Positions 1 to 13,993 of a DNA stretch of 64,000 nt are shown piece after piece. This DNA is from Elsinoe ampelina (lineage: Eukaryota): contig ML992529.1 in assembly GCA_010093995.1 (NCBI GenBank), positions 1 through 64,000 of the forward strand, read 5' to 3'. Under the pieces are notes generated by a model. That model saw nothing but the letters and a program-made list of their open reading frames with translations, was not told the DNA's origin and did no database searches. How positions within the stretch are numbered: position 1 is the stretch's first letter; each line of letters opens with the position of its first letter. The translations under genes were made by a program, and so were the position numbers.

Positions 1-3000
1 ATTTAGTCGCCTATAGAAGCTAGTAATAGCTATAAACTTCTAGACTGTCTTTTATACTCTTATAAGAATTCCTAGTACTATCTCCTTAGCCTTAGACCTA
101 TTAAGCTTCTTAGCTTTAACTAGGTTATCTATCTTATCTTTCCTTTACTTCTATACTTATCTAACTACTAGTGCCTTACTAATAGTTACTAGAGCTACAA
201 TAGTAGAGCTAAAGTTCTTAGGTCTAGCCTAGCTTCTATCTTTAGTGTTTAAGCTAAGAATAGTAAGTCTACTAACTAGAGCACTTTTATAATAATTATT
301 ACTAAGCTTATACTAGAACATAGACAGCTAGAATTACCTAAGACTCTTAACTAGTTAGCTCCTAATATTATTATTCCTATTATCTTATCTTACTAAGTCT
401 ATAATATTTATTAGAAATATTCTCTATATAGTTAATAGCTTATATTCTAGTCTATCTCCCTTAGCTAGGTCCTAGGTTCTCTAGATAAACCTTAGTAGCT
501 TTACCTAAATATTAGTATAGTTCCTAATAGTACTAACTTTATACTTAGAATAGAATAGTTATTAGTCTTTACTTCTACTAACCTCTAGTCTTTTAATAAA
601 CTCTAGAACTACATTTCCTACTATAGACTACTTAGTAGTCTTTATGTAGAGTCTAATAAGTATACTAGTTGCTCTACTAGCTCTTAGTAGCTTAGTATCT
701 CTCTCCTATATCTTCTAATTAGTAAAGTGCCTAAAGTAACTATCTCTCTTAGCTTATACTTATCTTTAAGCTTCTACTTATTCCTTTATTATTAGGTATA
801 CTCTATGCTTTATCCTATAACTATAGGATATTCTAGCTCTAGAGAGCTAATATAGCTAAAGAATAGAATTCTAACTAGAGAGAGTAATAGCCTATAGAAC
901 TTAAAGCTACTTAAATTCTATAAGATACTAGATCTAACCTGTTATTTCTAGCTAGGGATTAACCTTATATCTGTTTCCTAGACCTTAAATAACCTTCTAG
1001 TTGTTCCTTCTACTTAGAGTATCCTAATAGATTTCTAATTATATATTAACTCTATCCTTAGGTCTTTCCTATACTACTTCTATATCTAGGACTTAAACCT
1101 AGAAAGACTTTTACTAGGCTTTATTCTAAAAGAACTTCTAGCTCTAGATACTACTAATCTATATCTTATTACTTCTTAGTTTTACTCTCTAAGCCTTACT
1201 CTTTCCCCTAGACTTATTACTCTTTTAGTTATACTTCTAGCTATAGTACTATTATATAACCTTAATATACTAGGTAATATAGCTATACTATCTTTCCTAA
1301 GTATCCCTATAGATATACTTAAAGCTTAGACCTTAAATAGGTAGTTCTAGAATTACTTCTACTATAGGGTAGAGGTACTAGATATTTAATTTCTTCCTTG
1401 CTAAATTTAGTATATTTCCTACTATACTAATAATATTCTACTATCTATTCTTTGCTAGGGAAAAGTAATACTTCTTTAGGTAGGAAGTAACTTAATTAAG
1501 AATTATAGTAAATCTATAATCTATATAGATAATTACTTTAAACTACTAGAAGTACTTAAAGAGTATTTCTTCTACTAGGTAAGAATAGAAAACCTAGAGA
1601 GAGACCTATAGTTCTTACTAGAATACTATAGTAGATAGAAGTAAACTAAATAGATCTAGGAAGTATTAAATAGTAGTACCTTTTATATAAAGCTTAGTAT
1701 TCTATATAGAGACTTAACCTTTATTAAAGAACCTCTAAAGCCCTAGACTACTCTTCTAAGGTTCTAAGGAATAGTAGATCTTAGATGTTTAGTAGACTAA
1801 GACGTAGAGGACTTAAAGTTTAAGCCCTAAGGTTAGTAGGCCTAGACAAATTAGAAAGCTACTATACTAAATATAAATTAAAAAAATATAGTTTAAGTTT
1901 TTTAGGGTTAGAGTAGGCTTTATACTTAACTAAGAATATAAGGATAGCTTAACTAGAGAAATTCTTATCGATTAGATAGAATTAGGCAAAATAGTAACTA
2001 TACTTATATTAGCTAATAATAAGGCCCCTATATATAGTAGGCTTAAGTAGATTAGAATACTCTAGTAGTATAGGGTAACTACTCTAATAGTTAGAAATGC
2101 TTAGCTTAAAATTCTAAGGTAAGTAGGTCTAGGCAAATTAGAAGAATATTATATTAGGTATAAATTATAGAAAGACTCTAAGATTGCTCTAACTCTTAGC
2201 TAAGCTTAGAATTCTAACCTAAGGTTAGAAGGTTTAGGTATATTAGAAAGATACTATATTACTTATATATTATAGAAACACTAGGAAATTTAATAGACTA
2301 TTAGTAAAGATTTCTAATTTAGAACTAGAGTTATAATATTTAGAAGCTTACTAGCCTATTATAACATCTAGAACACTTAGACTAAGCTATCTAAACCCTA
2401 GGAAAGCTACTTACTTACTCTATACTTAAGAAAACTAAGAGAGCTAGCTACTCTATTCTAATATTCCCTAAAGTTACTCTAAGGCTATATATAATCCTAA
2501 CTAGCTCTAAGCCTTATTAAAGATAAGCCTAGACTTAGTAAGATCTAGGAGCTTGTCCTACTCTACTAGGTAGCCTCTATCTCTTAGGGTAGTTACCTAA
2601 GCCTTAATATTATCTAGGAGAGCTAGAAAATTATCTAGGACATGCTAGTTCTTAGAAGAGTTAGAGTCGTTAGGAAGCTTAATTAGGAAGCCCCTAGTAG
2701 CCTTATTATCGGTTAGGAGACCTCTAAGGCGTCTTATAGGTCTAGAAGCCTTAGGATATATAGAGGTAAGGTTAGTAGAGAGGCGTCTAGAAGCTCTTTA
2801 GTAGTTTAGGACTTATATTAGTTAGAATCGATTAGGAAACTTAGAAACATATACTAGATAAGCTATAGCTATAGTAATTATTCTAGAAGCTATAGTTAGT
2901 ATAGGAGCCCCTTAGAAGTATAGTGCTATTAGGAGTAGTTATAGTAATATAGGAGTTATATTTACTATTTCCCTAAGTATAGGAAGTATACTTCTAACTA

Positions 3001-5600
3001 GCTAGGTAAATAGTATACCTAGAAGCGCTATAGATAAGTAGAGAAACTAGGTAGTTAGTGTTAGATCTAGAAAGGTTTATAGTTGTTCTAGGAGTTCTTA
3101 GGTTAATAGGCTAGTTAAGCTAGAACTTAGAACTAGTCCTAGTAAAGACCTAGAGATTAGCGTTAACTAGGGGTTTAACCTAGGCGTCTAGGGAATTATA
3201 TTAGGCTATATTAAGTCTCTAGAGGTTAGCCTAGACCTACTAGGTAAAGAGAAGAGTTATAGGAACCTAGGTATAGCTTAGAAGTGTTAGTAAAATTAGA
3301 ATATATATTAGAGGCTTAGAGCTTACTTAGGGTATTTAGGTTAGTAACTCTATCTCTAGTAGTAGCTAGGAAGGTTATAGGAGTTCTAGTATATAAGGCC
3401 CTAGGAGCTATAATAGTTACTAGGAGCGCTAGGCTTAGGAAGTTGTTTAGGAAGGAAGGTAAAATTATAAGAGAGCTAGGAGATTAAAACTAGAAGTTAT
3501 AGTTAGTTAAGGTTCTTAGAAAGGCTTATATTTACTAAAGGTCCTTATTTAAGGCCTCTTAGTAGAGTTAAAGTAGCAGAGATAAGATCTATAGGCTAAA
3601 TAGAGCTATATATATTACTATAAAGGCTACTAGGCTTATTAGTATAAAGAGCTACTAGGTATATCTATCTCTTACTAGTAAAAAGCTTTATAAAAGCTAT
3701 AAAGGCTATAAAGGCTATAGGTAAGCTATAAAGCTAATTCTTTCTAGAGCTAATTAGAAGCTATTTAATCTCTATAGTAGTATCTCTAGCTACTTTAACT
3801 CTCTTAAAGGGACTAGATAAGGATCTAGCTATAATAGAGTAAACTTACTATAATAAAGATAATAAGAAGAGAAAGGAAAAAAGCTAGAAGAAATAAAAGA
3901 GATATATAAGATCTATAAGTTATACTAGGTAGCTAGGTATATAAAACAAAGAGTAATATAATAATAAAGAAGTATATAAATATAACATATAAAAGACCTA
4001 AGTTATAATCCCTAGAGACTTAGGATATACTAACTAACGCCTAGCTACTAGAGGCTAAACTAGAAATACTTACTAATAATTCCTTATAAAAGTTTATTAT
4101 TACTTAGAGTAATATAATAATAAGTAATATAATAGAAATAATAGCCTAAACCTTTAGGTAGATAGACTTATAATTATAACTCTATACTCTAGTAGAACTA
4201 TAAGCCCTTAAGAATTCTATTTTAACTTCTATCGATATAATCTACTTACTAGATCTAAATCTAGTATTATAAAAAGCTATTAAATATTAATCTAGCTATC
4301 CTAAGAACTTTAGACTCTAGAAAATAATAAGGGAATACTAAGAGGTAGTTAGAAAAGATAAAGACAAGAGAGAAGATAGGTATTTCTACTAAAGATCCTA
4401 GTTGTCTATTATTTAATTAAGAATTATAAGCTCTAGGATTTCTCTAATAACTCTAGGAGCGATATTTATATATATAATCTAAGTACTATAGAGTTATCTA
4501 TAATTCTTAAATCTTCTATTTACTAGGAAATTTATTTTACTTTAATATATATTTTATATCTGTCTACTAGTCTACCTAGGCCTTTCTAAATTTATAGAGA
4601 TATTCTAGAGTTTCTAACTATTAGAAGTAAAGCTACTAAGACTTCTACTTTATATTTTCTTAAGAACTTTAAAAGATTTTTAGGATAGTCCTAGTATACT
4701 ATAACCTAGATTCTAGAAGTAATACTCGATAATTCTAGATAATACTAAGTATTATAGAGGACCTAGATAATATAAATAATCTTTAAAAAATTTAAAGGGA
4801 AAAAATCTTAGGAAGTTCTAAAGAATAGAAGTTAGGAATCCTATTAGAATCTAGGAAAATACTCTAACTCTACTCTAGTAAAACTATTAGAATATACTCT
4901 TTCTTCTAAGATATATAGTGTCTAGTACTATAATAAATTTATTTAGTATTCTATACTAATCTACTAACTAAGTATCTAAATAACTCTCTACTAGAATAAG
5001 TCTTTAAGAAACTACTATTAGTAGAGGTTTATAGTAAAGAGAAATATAAGATTAATAATATAATTAATATATATAAGCTATATAGAAAACTAATTACTTA
5101 TATAAGCTAAAAGAGCTATTTTAAGAATCTTACTTAGTAGCTAATTAATAATCTTAAAGAAGCTACTAATATACTATATAACTATCTAGACTATTATATA
5201 AATAAGCTAAGGCTAAAATAGATTAATAAATAATATATAATAGTATTTAAGAGTAAATATACTTAAGAGAGAGAGTAGTAATATAAGATAGATATAAACT
5301 AGATTTAGTTAGAATCTAGTTTAGATTAGTTATATAATCTTAGTATTATAGCTTAGGCTTCTAGCTACTCTACTCTTAATATTATATATACTTTATATAT
5401 TAGCTTTCTTCTTCTTCTTCTAAGTCTTAATATCTTAATAAATAAATATAATTAACTTCTTATCTTACTAGTTGTAATTAGTATATACTATTTTACTTAT
5501 AGAGATATAAACTATATAAAATTTAAGTAGTAAATTTCCCTTACTTAAAAATTTTCCTTGTCTAAAAATTCTAATATATCTCTATAGAATTTATACTAAG
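1..5600. repeat. AT-rich, RIP-degenerated repeat or mobile DNA block; family not identified; continues off the left edge
   Basis: Very AT-rich, saturated with TpA (TAG/CTA/TAA), almost no CpA/TpG or CpG, and no ORF in the track. Composition grades back to normal between about 5900 and 6280. Confidence 0.85.
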
Positions 5601-5659
5601 CCCGGAGTAGAACCTAAAATAGCTATACGATAGAGAATGTTACTTATAGTATATAAATC

Positions 5660-7857
5660 TTATTTCTTATTAAGCTATTCTATAATAGTAAGTAGCTTCT
5701 AAATACTACTTAGAAAAATAAAGCTATACTTATAATATAGTAGAATACTAATATAGAGAGTATTTACTCTAAAATATCTCTTAACGTATATCTCCTTTAA
5801 CCTATGCTACTTAGTAGTAGTTAGTTCTAGTCGTAGTAGTCTTTATATAATATATACTTACTTCTATCTTAAGTCGTTCTTAACTATATTACTATAATAA
5901 CGCTTTCTACTATCTTATAGAGGGGCATAGCTAGCATATAGGGTTTCTATAGCGCTATAGTTCTAGTCTATACGGATTTATATAGGCGTAGGTATACCTA
6001 GCTAGGCTAGAAGTACGCAGGAGGCGTTAAAGCTTAACAAGTGTAGTTACGGGTCAAATATAGTCGATATAGAGGACAAATCCAGCACAAGTCTAGTGTA
6101 AGTTTCCTTCGCTCTAGCTATTACGCTATAATGTCTTATAGCATCCCGTTCGGAGGCCTCGTCTTCGGATCGAGGTAATGCTACTACATCGAGGCTCTTA
6201 GCAATATTATCCGGAACCTCTTAACAAGCCGTAGCCGCAGTTATAAGCACCTAATACAAAACGCCAGCAAGGTGGTCCTAGACAGACTTGATCGATGTCC
6301 GCTTTACAGCGTTCTGAATCATGACCGGAGTTGCTATGTAGTCCTTTCGGAGTGAGCAAGGCGTGCTTCCTCGCAGAGGCGTACGATGCACGACAGCGTG
6401 GCAGAGTAAGAGCGAGGTGAGCCTCACAGACTCATATATCCAGCCGGCTTCCGAGTCAGTGTCCATCTGCAGCGGTGCCATTTCGTGAACCTGTTCGCAA
6501 ATGGCAAGTAATGCTCCATTGGCGCGACGCCCGGAGACTTGGTGAGAGTGGCTGTCCTTTCGGTTGCGGAGCTCGTCCTCTCTAAGCCTTGAGACTATCT
6601 CGATGAGCTCATGCATTAATCGTACCAGTTCGAAAGTGTCCAGTCTGCAATGGGGCGTGCGCGCGATACTTCGCAAATTGTCCGGCATGCATGCCAATGG
6701 ACCAATGGGTGCAGGCGACTTGAAAGTGTCGTGTGTGGCAAGGTAGCGGTTTATCCAGGCCACGTACATCGAGTCTGGTAGTTCGTGTCGAAGTATGCTG
6801 GTTTCCAGGTTTGCAAGTGTCATATTCATTGCCACGACACCACTGCCAGGTAAAGCGTCCAGGCCTCCCCGCTCTCTTACCATTGTTGCCAGGACCTTCT
6901 GGTGACCTTCGACAGGTCCAGGATACGGGTAACATAATTGACCGATCAGTAAGCACATGATGGCTATCATGTTGCTGACGCTATTCTTGTCCTCGCTTGC
7001 GTCTATCTGATCATTGATGATTCGCGGTAATATGTTCATCAGTTCAAGAGTATGACGTGAGTCTGTATGTGGCGAAAGCCCCTCTCGACCCGGGGGCTGA
7101 TCCATTAGGTCCGTGAAGGGGGCCGATAGCGCTAGGCTAGCGAGGAATGTGTGAGAAGCATTGGCCGTGAAGGGCACGAATTGATCGAATGCCGCTTGTG
7201 AACCAAAGTAAGTGACACCTGCCTGATTGTCAGAGAGATTGATGTGACCTCAGAGGCCTGCTTACAATTGATCTTGAGCAGATCAAGATTGGAGAATACG
7301 GGCAAATCGTGCTCGTCGGTATTTGTCAAGTGCCCGTAACGTCGTGTTCGATGATAGGCGACTGCGAATGCGACCCGCCGTTCGAGATGCCCAATTCCAG
7401 GAACAAGAGCAGGGTCGGAGCTGTCCTGATCCGCGGTGGAAAGACGATCTTGTGGGCGGCTATTGAGCCGGTCCGCGATATACACGTACTTGTCATGGTT
7501 CTCTCGATGTGTAATCATTGGATTCAATATAGAGCGGCCCTGGATCGGTGTAGGTCCAGCTGAATGTGTGATGACCGGGGACGCTGTCGCCGCGGTTGTT
7601 GCGGAGTCACCAGATGCAGCATCGTCGCCGGGAGCCATAGCATTCGGCGCGGACGGCGGTGACCTGGTCGGCTTGTTGTGTGCTTCTGCTCCGTTTGCCT
7701 TGATCCTGCGGTCCTTGGTTTTCGGATCTCCTTTTGCTTTGTCCAGATAGTCACGCATCACAGCCTTGCGGACAGAGCTCAGTGTTTCCCTCTTCTTAAA
7801 GTCGGCCGGGCAATTGCCCGTGACGAAGGCGAATGTCTTCCGAGGCGCGGTGGCCAT
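5660..7857 (-). pseudogene. Uncharacterised fungal transcription-factor-like gene with a RIP-damaged 3' third; first premature stop at 6278-6280
   Basis: ATG at 7857 (MATAPRKTFAFVTGNCPADFKK...VRKAVMRDYL), one intron at about 7219-7265, then the frame of ORF 6278-7177. The same frame continues past TAG as (W)DHLAGVLY(W)VL... to a TAA at 5660-5662, with stops explainable as TGG>TAG or CAA/CAG>TAA/TAG. Confidence 0.7.
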
Positions 7858-8553
7858 GTCTGCGCTGTGGTCTGGAAGATAGGCTGCATTGGTCGACTCC
7901 GGTACCCTTGTGGAAAGCCTGTCGTCTGGTAACAAACCGACCTGGAAGAACAAACAAGAGCTCGTCAAGTCGGGAGACGTGAACTACTCGTAGAAGATTA
8001 GAGATCAGGATCAAGGCAAGGCGGCGTGCCGAGGATCCATGACCCCGCCTGGCCATGTGGAACGGCGCCTGAACGCGTGCCATCTTCCAATCAAAGGCTC
8101 GCTGTCACATCGATCACACAAATTCCCTCCGGCACGAGAGATGTGCCTTCCGTACCCAGGAAAACGGCAGGCGATGACGCCGTCCTGCATGGCCCGCCGC
8201 CACGAGCACTGACTAGTGCCTAGAGAGAAGGTGCCGGTGGCCGCAACGTTTGTACGATGCCGCCATACCCAGATGACCCCAAAAAAGCGGTGGAGCAGGT
8301 CAAGTCAGCTTGGTAGCGGCTTGATCGATGCTTGCATACGACATTGAGTTACATGTCCCTGCGCTAGTGCTTACACGACAGAACAGCACTTCATAGTGTA
8401 GGACCTCACAAGTCTCTTTGCGAAACGATGAGCACGTCTGCTGGCCTGCTGGGAAGGCATCTCAGCTGCATGAACAGATCGGCAGTAGATGCTGCTGAAG
8501 TAGAGGTACATGCGGTTCTTTCTGTGTTATGAGACGCTATCTTGGACGACACT

Positions 8554-10942
8554 CTACAATCTCCCTTGTAGCCTGATATCGCGTGAGCTCGCCCCGACGT
8601 AAATGGCAAAACCTGATGTTGGTGTCTTCCATGACTGCGAACCGGTGTCCCAGTAGCTCAGGTCCCTTTTACGGATGTTGAACGTCACCGTCTGGGATGC
8701 ACCAGGAGCAAGAATGACCTTTTGGAAGCCTCGCAGCTGCTTTGGTGGTGTCGAGGGCGTACCGGTTGGAAGACCAATGTACAGTTGAGCGACCTTTTGA
8801 TGTGTTAGCAAGATACATCAAAGTGGAAGGGCACAAGGCGTACCTCCGCTCCAGTGACTGTGCCGTTGTTCCTGATGGTGGCCGTCACTGTGGCGACATT
8901 GTCGAATAGCTGCCCAGATCCTACACTACTGACACCAAGTGCAGAGTAGGCAAAGGTTGTGTAGGCTGAAATCGTCAGATCACGCTAACAATCTTGTACA
9001 GGATGCTTACACAGGCCGAAACCGAATTCATAACGAGGTGCAATGTTCGCGGCATCAAAATGCCTATAGTCAACGAATAGACCTTCGGAGAAACTGTCGT
9101 CGCCGTTTTGGATGGACACTCCGTAATCATTCGGCGATTTAGCGATGGTATACGGCAATTTGCCACTGGGTGAAATCAGGCCATACAAGACGTCGGCTAA
9201 TCCGTTGCCGGACTCTTGACCTGGAAGACCGGCCCACACAACAGCGGTGACGTTGGGCTGGGCCAGGATGGTCTCAAGGATGATCGGCCCGACGCTATGT
9301 ACTACCACAATGGTATTCTTGTTGACCCTGGCCACGGCCTGGACCAACTGGTTACCTGAGTGCCATGGATCGAGGTTGTTCCTGTCACCCTTGTTACCTT
9401 CGACGGTGATGTACTCTTCTCCCGAGTCGGCGGTGATGAAGACCAGTGCAGTCGCTGCCTGCAATGCTGCGGACGCTGCTGCATTGGTGTCGTCGGTCGT
9501 CGCGGTGACGACTCTGGTGCCATCCTTTGAAGCCTGAGTCCTGATCGCATCTGCCGGTGCTACAAGATATGGAAAATCTGCAGTCCCCGAGCCCCAGCCC
9601 ATGGCAAGGTGTCCGGTGTTGCATCCTCTGTCTACGCAGGCATTGGCGCCAGAGGGATTGACGATTGCATCTTGTCCGATGAGGGCAATGCTCGCCGGCT
9701 TGACCAGAGGGAGAGCCTTGTTGCTGTTCTTGAGCAACACAATGCCATCGCGAGCAATCTGCCGGGCGACAGTGGCATGACCCGAAGATACCGAAGGAGC
9801 TCCCTTTCCGCCATTCCAGCTAGACCACGTGACTGACGGGTAGCCTGAGTCCTGCTTCAACAAGTACCAAGCAGCCAGTATACGAGTCACCATGTCGTCG
9901 AGACGAGATTGTTTGACAGCGCCGCTGCTGACCGCGTTGATCAGGTTCTGGCCCCAGAGCATGTTGCCTCCAGAGAAATCGGTTCCAGGCATGGACATGT
10001 CCAAGCCCCCTACGGCTGTGAGCAGATTTGACTATCAGCAGATTTGCGGCAGACTCACCGATTGCTGCACCATTCGTCGTATGCTGAGCATTCCAGTCCG
10101 ACATGACATAGCCTTGGAAGTTGAGCTCTCCCTTGAGTAACCCATTCAATGCCTTGTCATTCTCGCATGCGTAGGTCTGGTTCAGCTTATTGTACGAGCA
10201 CATGACCGAGGCGACATTTGCGTTGATTGCGTCCGCGAATGGCCAGAGGTAGAGTTCGTGCATGGTCCTGTCGTCAATATTGCTGCTCATGACATCGCGC
10301 CCCTTCTCCTGCTCGTTGCCGATGTAGTGTTTGGCACAGGCTTGAACGCCCGCCCCCTTCTATTGTCAACTTCATCTCAGCGGGCCCCGCGTGTACTCAC
10401 CTGCATTCCATTGATGGTCTCGGCCATTGCGATTCCGGTCAGATAAGGATCAGCTGCGAAACCCTCCCAATTCCGCCCGGCTTGGGGAATTTTTCCGAGT
10501 GGCCCTGCAACAGGGCCAAGTTGTACATGCACGCCGACACCTTTCGCTTCGGCACCAAGCGCAGCACCGCGGGCCCTGATCAATGCTGTGTCCCAAGTAG
10601 CAGCTGCTTGAACGCCAGCAGGAAAGGCAGTGACACCCTGCACGTATCGAATACTACCAGGATCAGTCAAGTGGTCTTGGTGGCACGCTGATTCGCTTAC
10701 CCGAGAGGACCATCTTGGAGGCACAAAGATGGGTATCCTATGCTCGAGACTGCCCCCGTGTTTCCCACACATGGCCCCTTGGACCAGCCTACACCAGTGA
10801 CTATTTTCACCTTGTCATTGTTGTTCAATTTCGCAAGTGCAGTTCGAGCCTTTGTGTATGCACCCGACCAAGCACCCGTGCCTGTGTTCTGACCCAAGAC
10901 CTGCAGGGCGAGCAAGAGTATTAGTATCAACGTTGTCGCCAT
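8554..10942 (-). CDS. Secreted GH3 beta-glucosidase (BglL/Cel3A-like), multi-exon
   Basis: Signal peptide [19 protein letters not shown]3 motifs [34 protein letters not shown] and VMSDW (nucleophile). C-terminal Fn3-like QLRGFQK...SSRDIRL. Exons are split across several track ORFs. Confidence 0.93.
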
Positions 10943-11431
10943 GTCGGATTTCCTGAGATGATCGATTTTGGGAAGTGAAGAAAAAGGGCTGCCAAACGGC
11001 ACCTACCTGGCTAATCTATATGGACGCTACATGAAACAAATCGTTACGGGCAAATATGGGTGGATCATGGCGAACAGAGATGATCCTCGGTGCAATATGA
11101 AAAGCGTTAGGATAGGAAGCGGACTCTGCGTGAAAAATGCCGGGAGAGTTGCGGAGTGCTCATTTGGGCGCGGAACGTGTCTTTTTATCCAGATTCTAGC
11201 AAGCACAGGGCACGTGGACCCCTCAGTGTGGCAGCCAGCCATTAAAAAAGCCCCTCCTAATTTGATGATCAGGAAGGTGAAAGTTAGGACAGCGAAAGTG
11301 TGCTGCATTCTCACCATACCAAAATTGTACGCCGCCATGCTTGAGCCCTACCATGGTGCTGTCCAACCCAACCAAACCCTCATTCCTTGCGAATAACGCC
11401 TATCATGTCGTCCGTCCTCGTAGCTCGTTAC

Positions 11432-13993
11432 TTAAGCAGGATTACCCACTCCTCCGCCATGCTCTTTGATCTCATGCTTGTCCAGCTTTTTCACCTCCCG
11501 ACTGAGCAAATCTCTCAGTTCAGGCGTCACGATCTTCTCTTTGGTGTCTTCCACTCCAGCGATCCGTGCTATGTGGGATCCGATACTCTGCTTACCCTTA
11601 TTCTGGCTCGGACTAGGGGCAGTCGTCGGTGGTGGAGATGACGGACCGGCTGACGTCCTTCTTTGAGGAACATCGGGAAAGTTCTTCTTCTTGTCCACCG
11701 CCTCTACCACACGCTGGAATCTTCGGAAGAGCGCCTCGGCTCGAATAAGAGTAGATTCGAGATCGATGGTGTTGCTGAGTTCATTGACATATTTGAGAAC
11801 CTCGTCGAAGCCCCTGAGATGCTCCATGATGACGTCGCGATGCTTCTCGAGGATAGCCAGGGCAATGAAGAGATGGAAGTTCGCACTGAGGTAATCTGTC
11901 CAGAGGCCCTCCCATAGCCGGAGGACGTTGTCCCACTCGAATTCGCGCTTGTACCAGACCAGAAGCATCCGGAAGAAAAAGAAGAAATTTGTGCTGTCGA
12001 CTGATTGGAGATGTAGATAGAGCTTGGGATCGATGAGCTGAACAAGCTGGTCCAGGGTAGTGAGTTGCAGTCTCATGCCTGACTGGTCGCGGAGGAAGTT
12101 TCTTTCCATTCTGTCCATGAATCCAGCAAAGCCCCAGAAGGCCACGGCATCATCCTGCATTACAGCATATATGGGAGCCAGTAGGTCGCTCATTCCTTGA
12201 ACGTAGCCCAGCTGTCTGTTGTATTCGTTGTAGGTAAGAAGCATATCCTTCATTTGCTCCATGTGGACGTTGGTGCCTATCTCGGCAAAGGGCGACGTTG
12301 GATCAGGATGTGGTATATCTTCTCCTTCGAAGAGAGGCATGTGACGATCTGTTCGGTGCACGTCTTTCTCTACATGCCGGATCCCCAACAATGGGGTCTA
12401 GTCAGCCGAATGTACATTTTGGAATCGTGAGAAGCTCGACTTACCTATTCGGAGCTTCTGGTCTTTCCACCATTCACGCTCTTCCAGAGTGCCTTCACCG
12501 TCCATCATGCGCTCCCACCAAGCACCTTTGAGTCGGATGTATTCATCCCTCAAGCTGTTGATCTTCGCTTGTCTTTCTTGGCTGCTGCTATCCCATTCGT
12601 AGACACCGAGTAAAAACAGCCATGCCTCTTTCCGTACTCCGTCCTCAGGATCCAGGCCGCCATGGAAGATCCTTTCCTTGACTTCATCGACGGTGACCTG
12701 GAGACGTCCATTTGTGCTGTTGAAGAAGCCATCCCACTCCTTCTTGGTGACAGGCTTTCTCTTGTTGCCCATGCTGAGATTATTCATGTCCAGCTCCAGG
12801 ATCTCAAATTCGCCGACCTCGCTATCCTCGCTCTTGAGGACATCACTGGCTGTCCATATCCGCTGATTCCGCTCTTTTTCGCTCTGCTCTGCAATGCCCA
12901 TTGCCCATCTTGCCAGATATAGCCTCGCGCTGTCGAACTCATCTTGGACGGTCTGGACATCGGGATTCTGCATCAGTCGTCTAAGCTGAGGGGGCAGGTT
13001 TTTATTCTCTGCAGCCGCCTGTGCCGTACGTCTGGTGAAGGTCGTGACCTGGCTCAGCTTCTCCAGTATGTTCCACCTCGCTTCCTTCAAGACCTTTGTC
13101 ACTGGGTCCATACCCGAATCCCAAGGCTCGCTCTTGTTCTTGTCACCTTCTAGGGCCTTCTTGACCCGGTCCGCATTGGCTCTTTCGCTTGACGCCCGGG
13201 GTGAGGAGGCGAAGGCGCGCTTGTCCTCTTCGCTTGGCTCCACCAGGAAGACATTCGCCTCGGCAGATCGGTGTACGTCAATGTATCGCTTCAACCACCT
13301 CAGAACTTCGTCTCCGCCCCAAAACACGTTGCCGCCTTCTCCAAACGGGTCGAAGTTCTCCCTCGCTAGCTTCTTTCGCTGATTGATAGTTGATTGGCAT
13401 TCCGAGTCATGGAAGAAGAGTGCCGGTAATGATTCACCGGAGCGTGTGTTGATCACGAGGCTTCCGAACCACCATCCGACGCTCGGAGGGCGGACCGAGA
13501 GGGAATATATGCTGTTGAGTGGGAGGGCAAACGCATACGAGCCCAAGCTAGAGCTGGTGGGCGTGTTGGTTGGCAAAGGAGGGACGAGGTATGTCTGTTT
13601 CGGCGGCGAATCTCCTTCAGCTTGATCTACTTTGACGTATGCATCATATGCGTCGCCGAGAGATGACTCTGGGACCCAGGCGAGGAGGAGGTTCTTGGGG
13701 TCAATGTCGGACTTGGTCGATGTGGAAGCAGTCGCAGGAGAGGATGCAGAGGGTTTTGGTGAAGATTTTTGCTGTATGAGAGCGATGAAACCAGGGATAT
13801 TGTCCTTTGCGCTTGCGGAGGGGTGTACGTAGACCTTGCTCTTGGAATAGAGGAGCTTCACTCCTCGACCTGTGCGTTGGCTGCGGATCGTGTTGTATTC
13901 GCCTTCTGAATCATCGCTCATGGCGTAGAAGGATCCCGATGGAGAAGCCGCCCTGTTAGAAGTAGAAGTGTCGCCTGACTTGTTCAAAGTCAT
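11432..13993 (-). CDS. GYP7: TBC-domain Rab GTPase-activating protein (Gyp7/TBC1D15-like), 2 exons
   Basis: GVKLLYSKSKVYVHP N-terminus, VRKEAWLFLLG, I|EKDVHRTDR across an intron at about 12370-12444, YVQGMSDLLAPIY. Confidence 0.92.

Noticed and set aside
5180..5220. RIP-mutated HLDHC motif suggesting a DUF3328/UstYa oxidase
   Set aside because: Back-translation of TAT-rich sequence is too ambiguous, and the expected downstream MC..D and a second HxxHC motif were not found.
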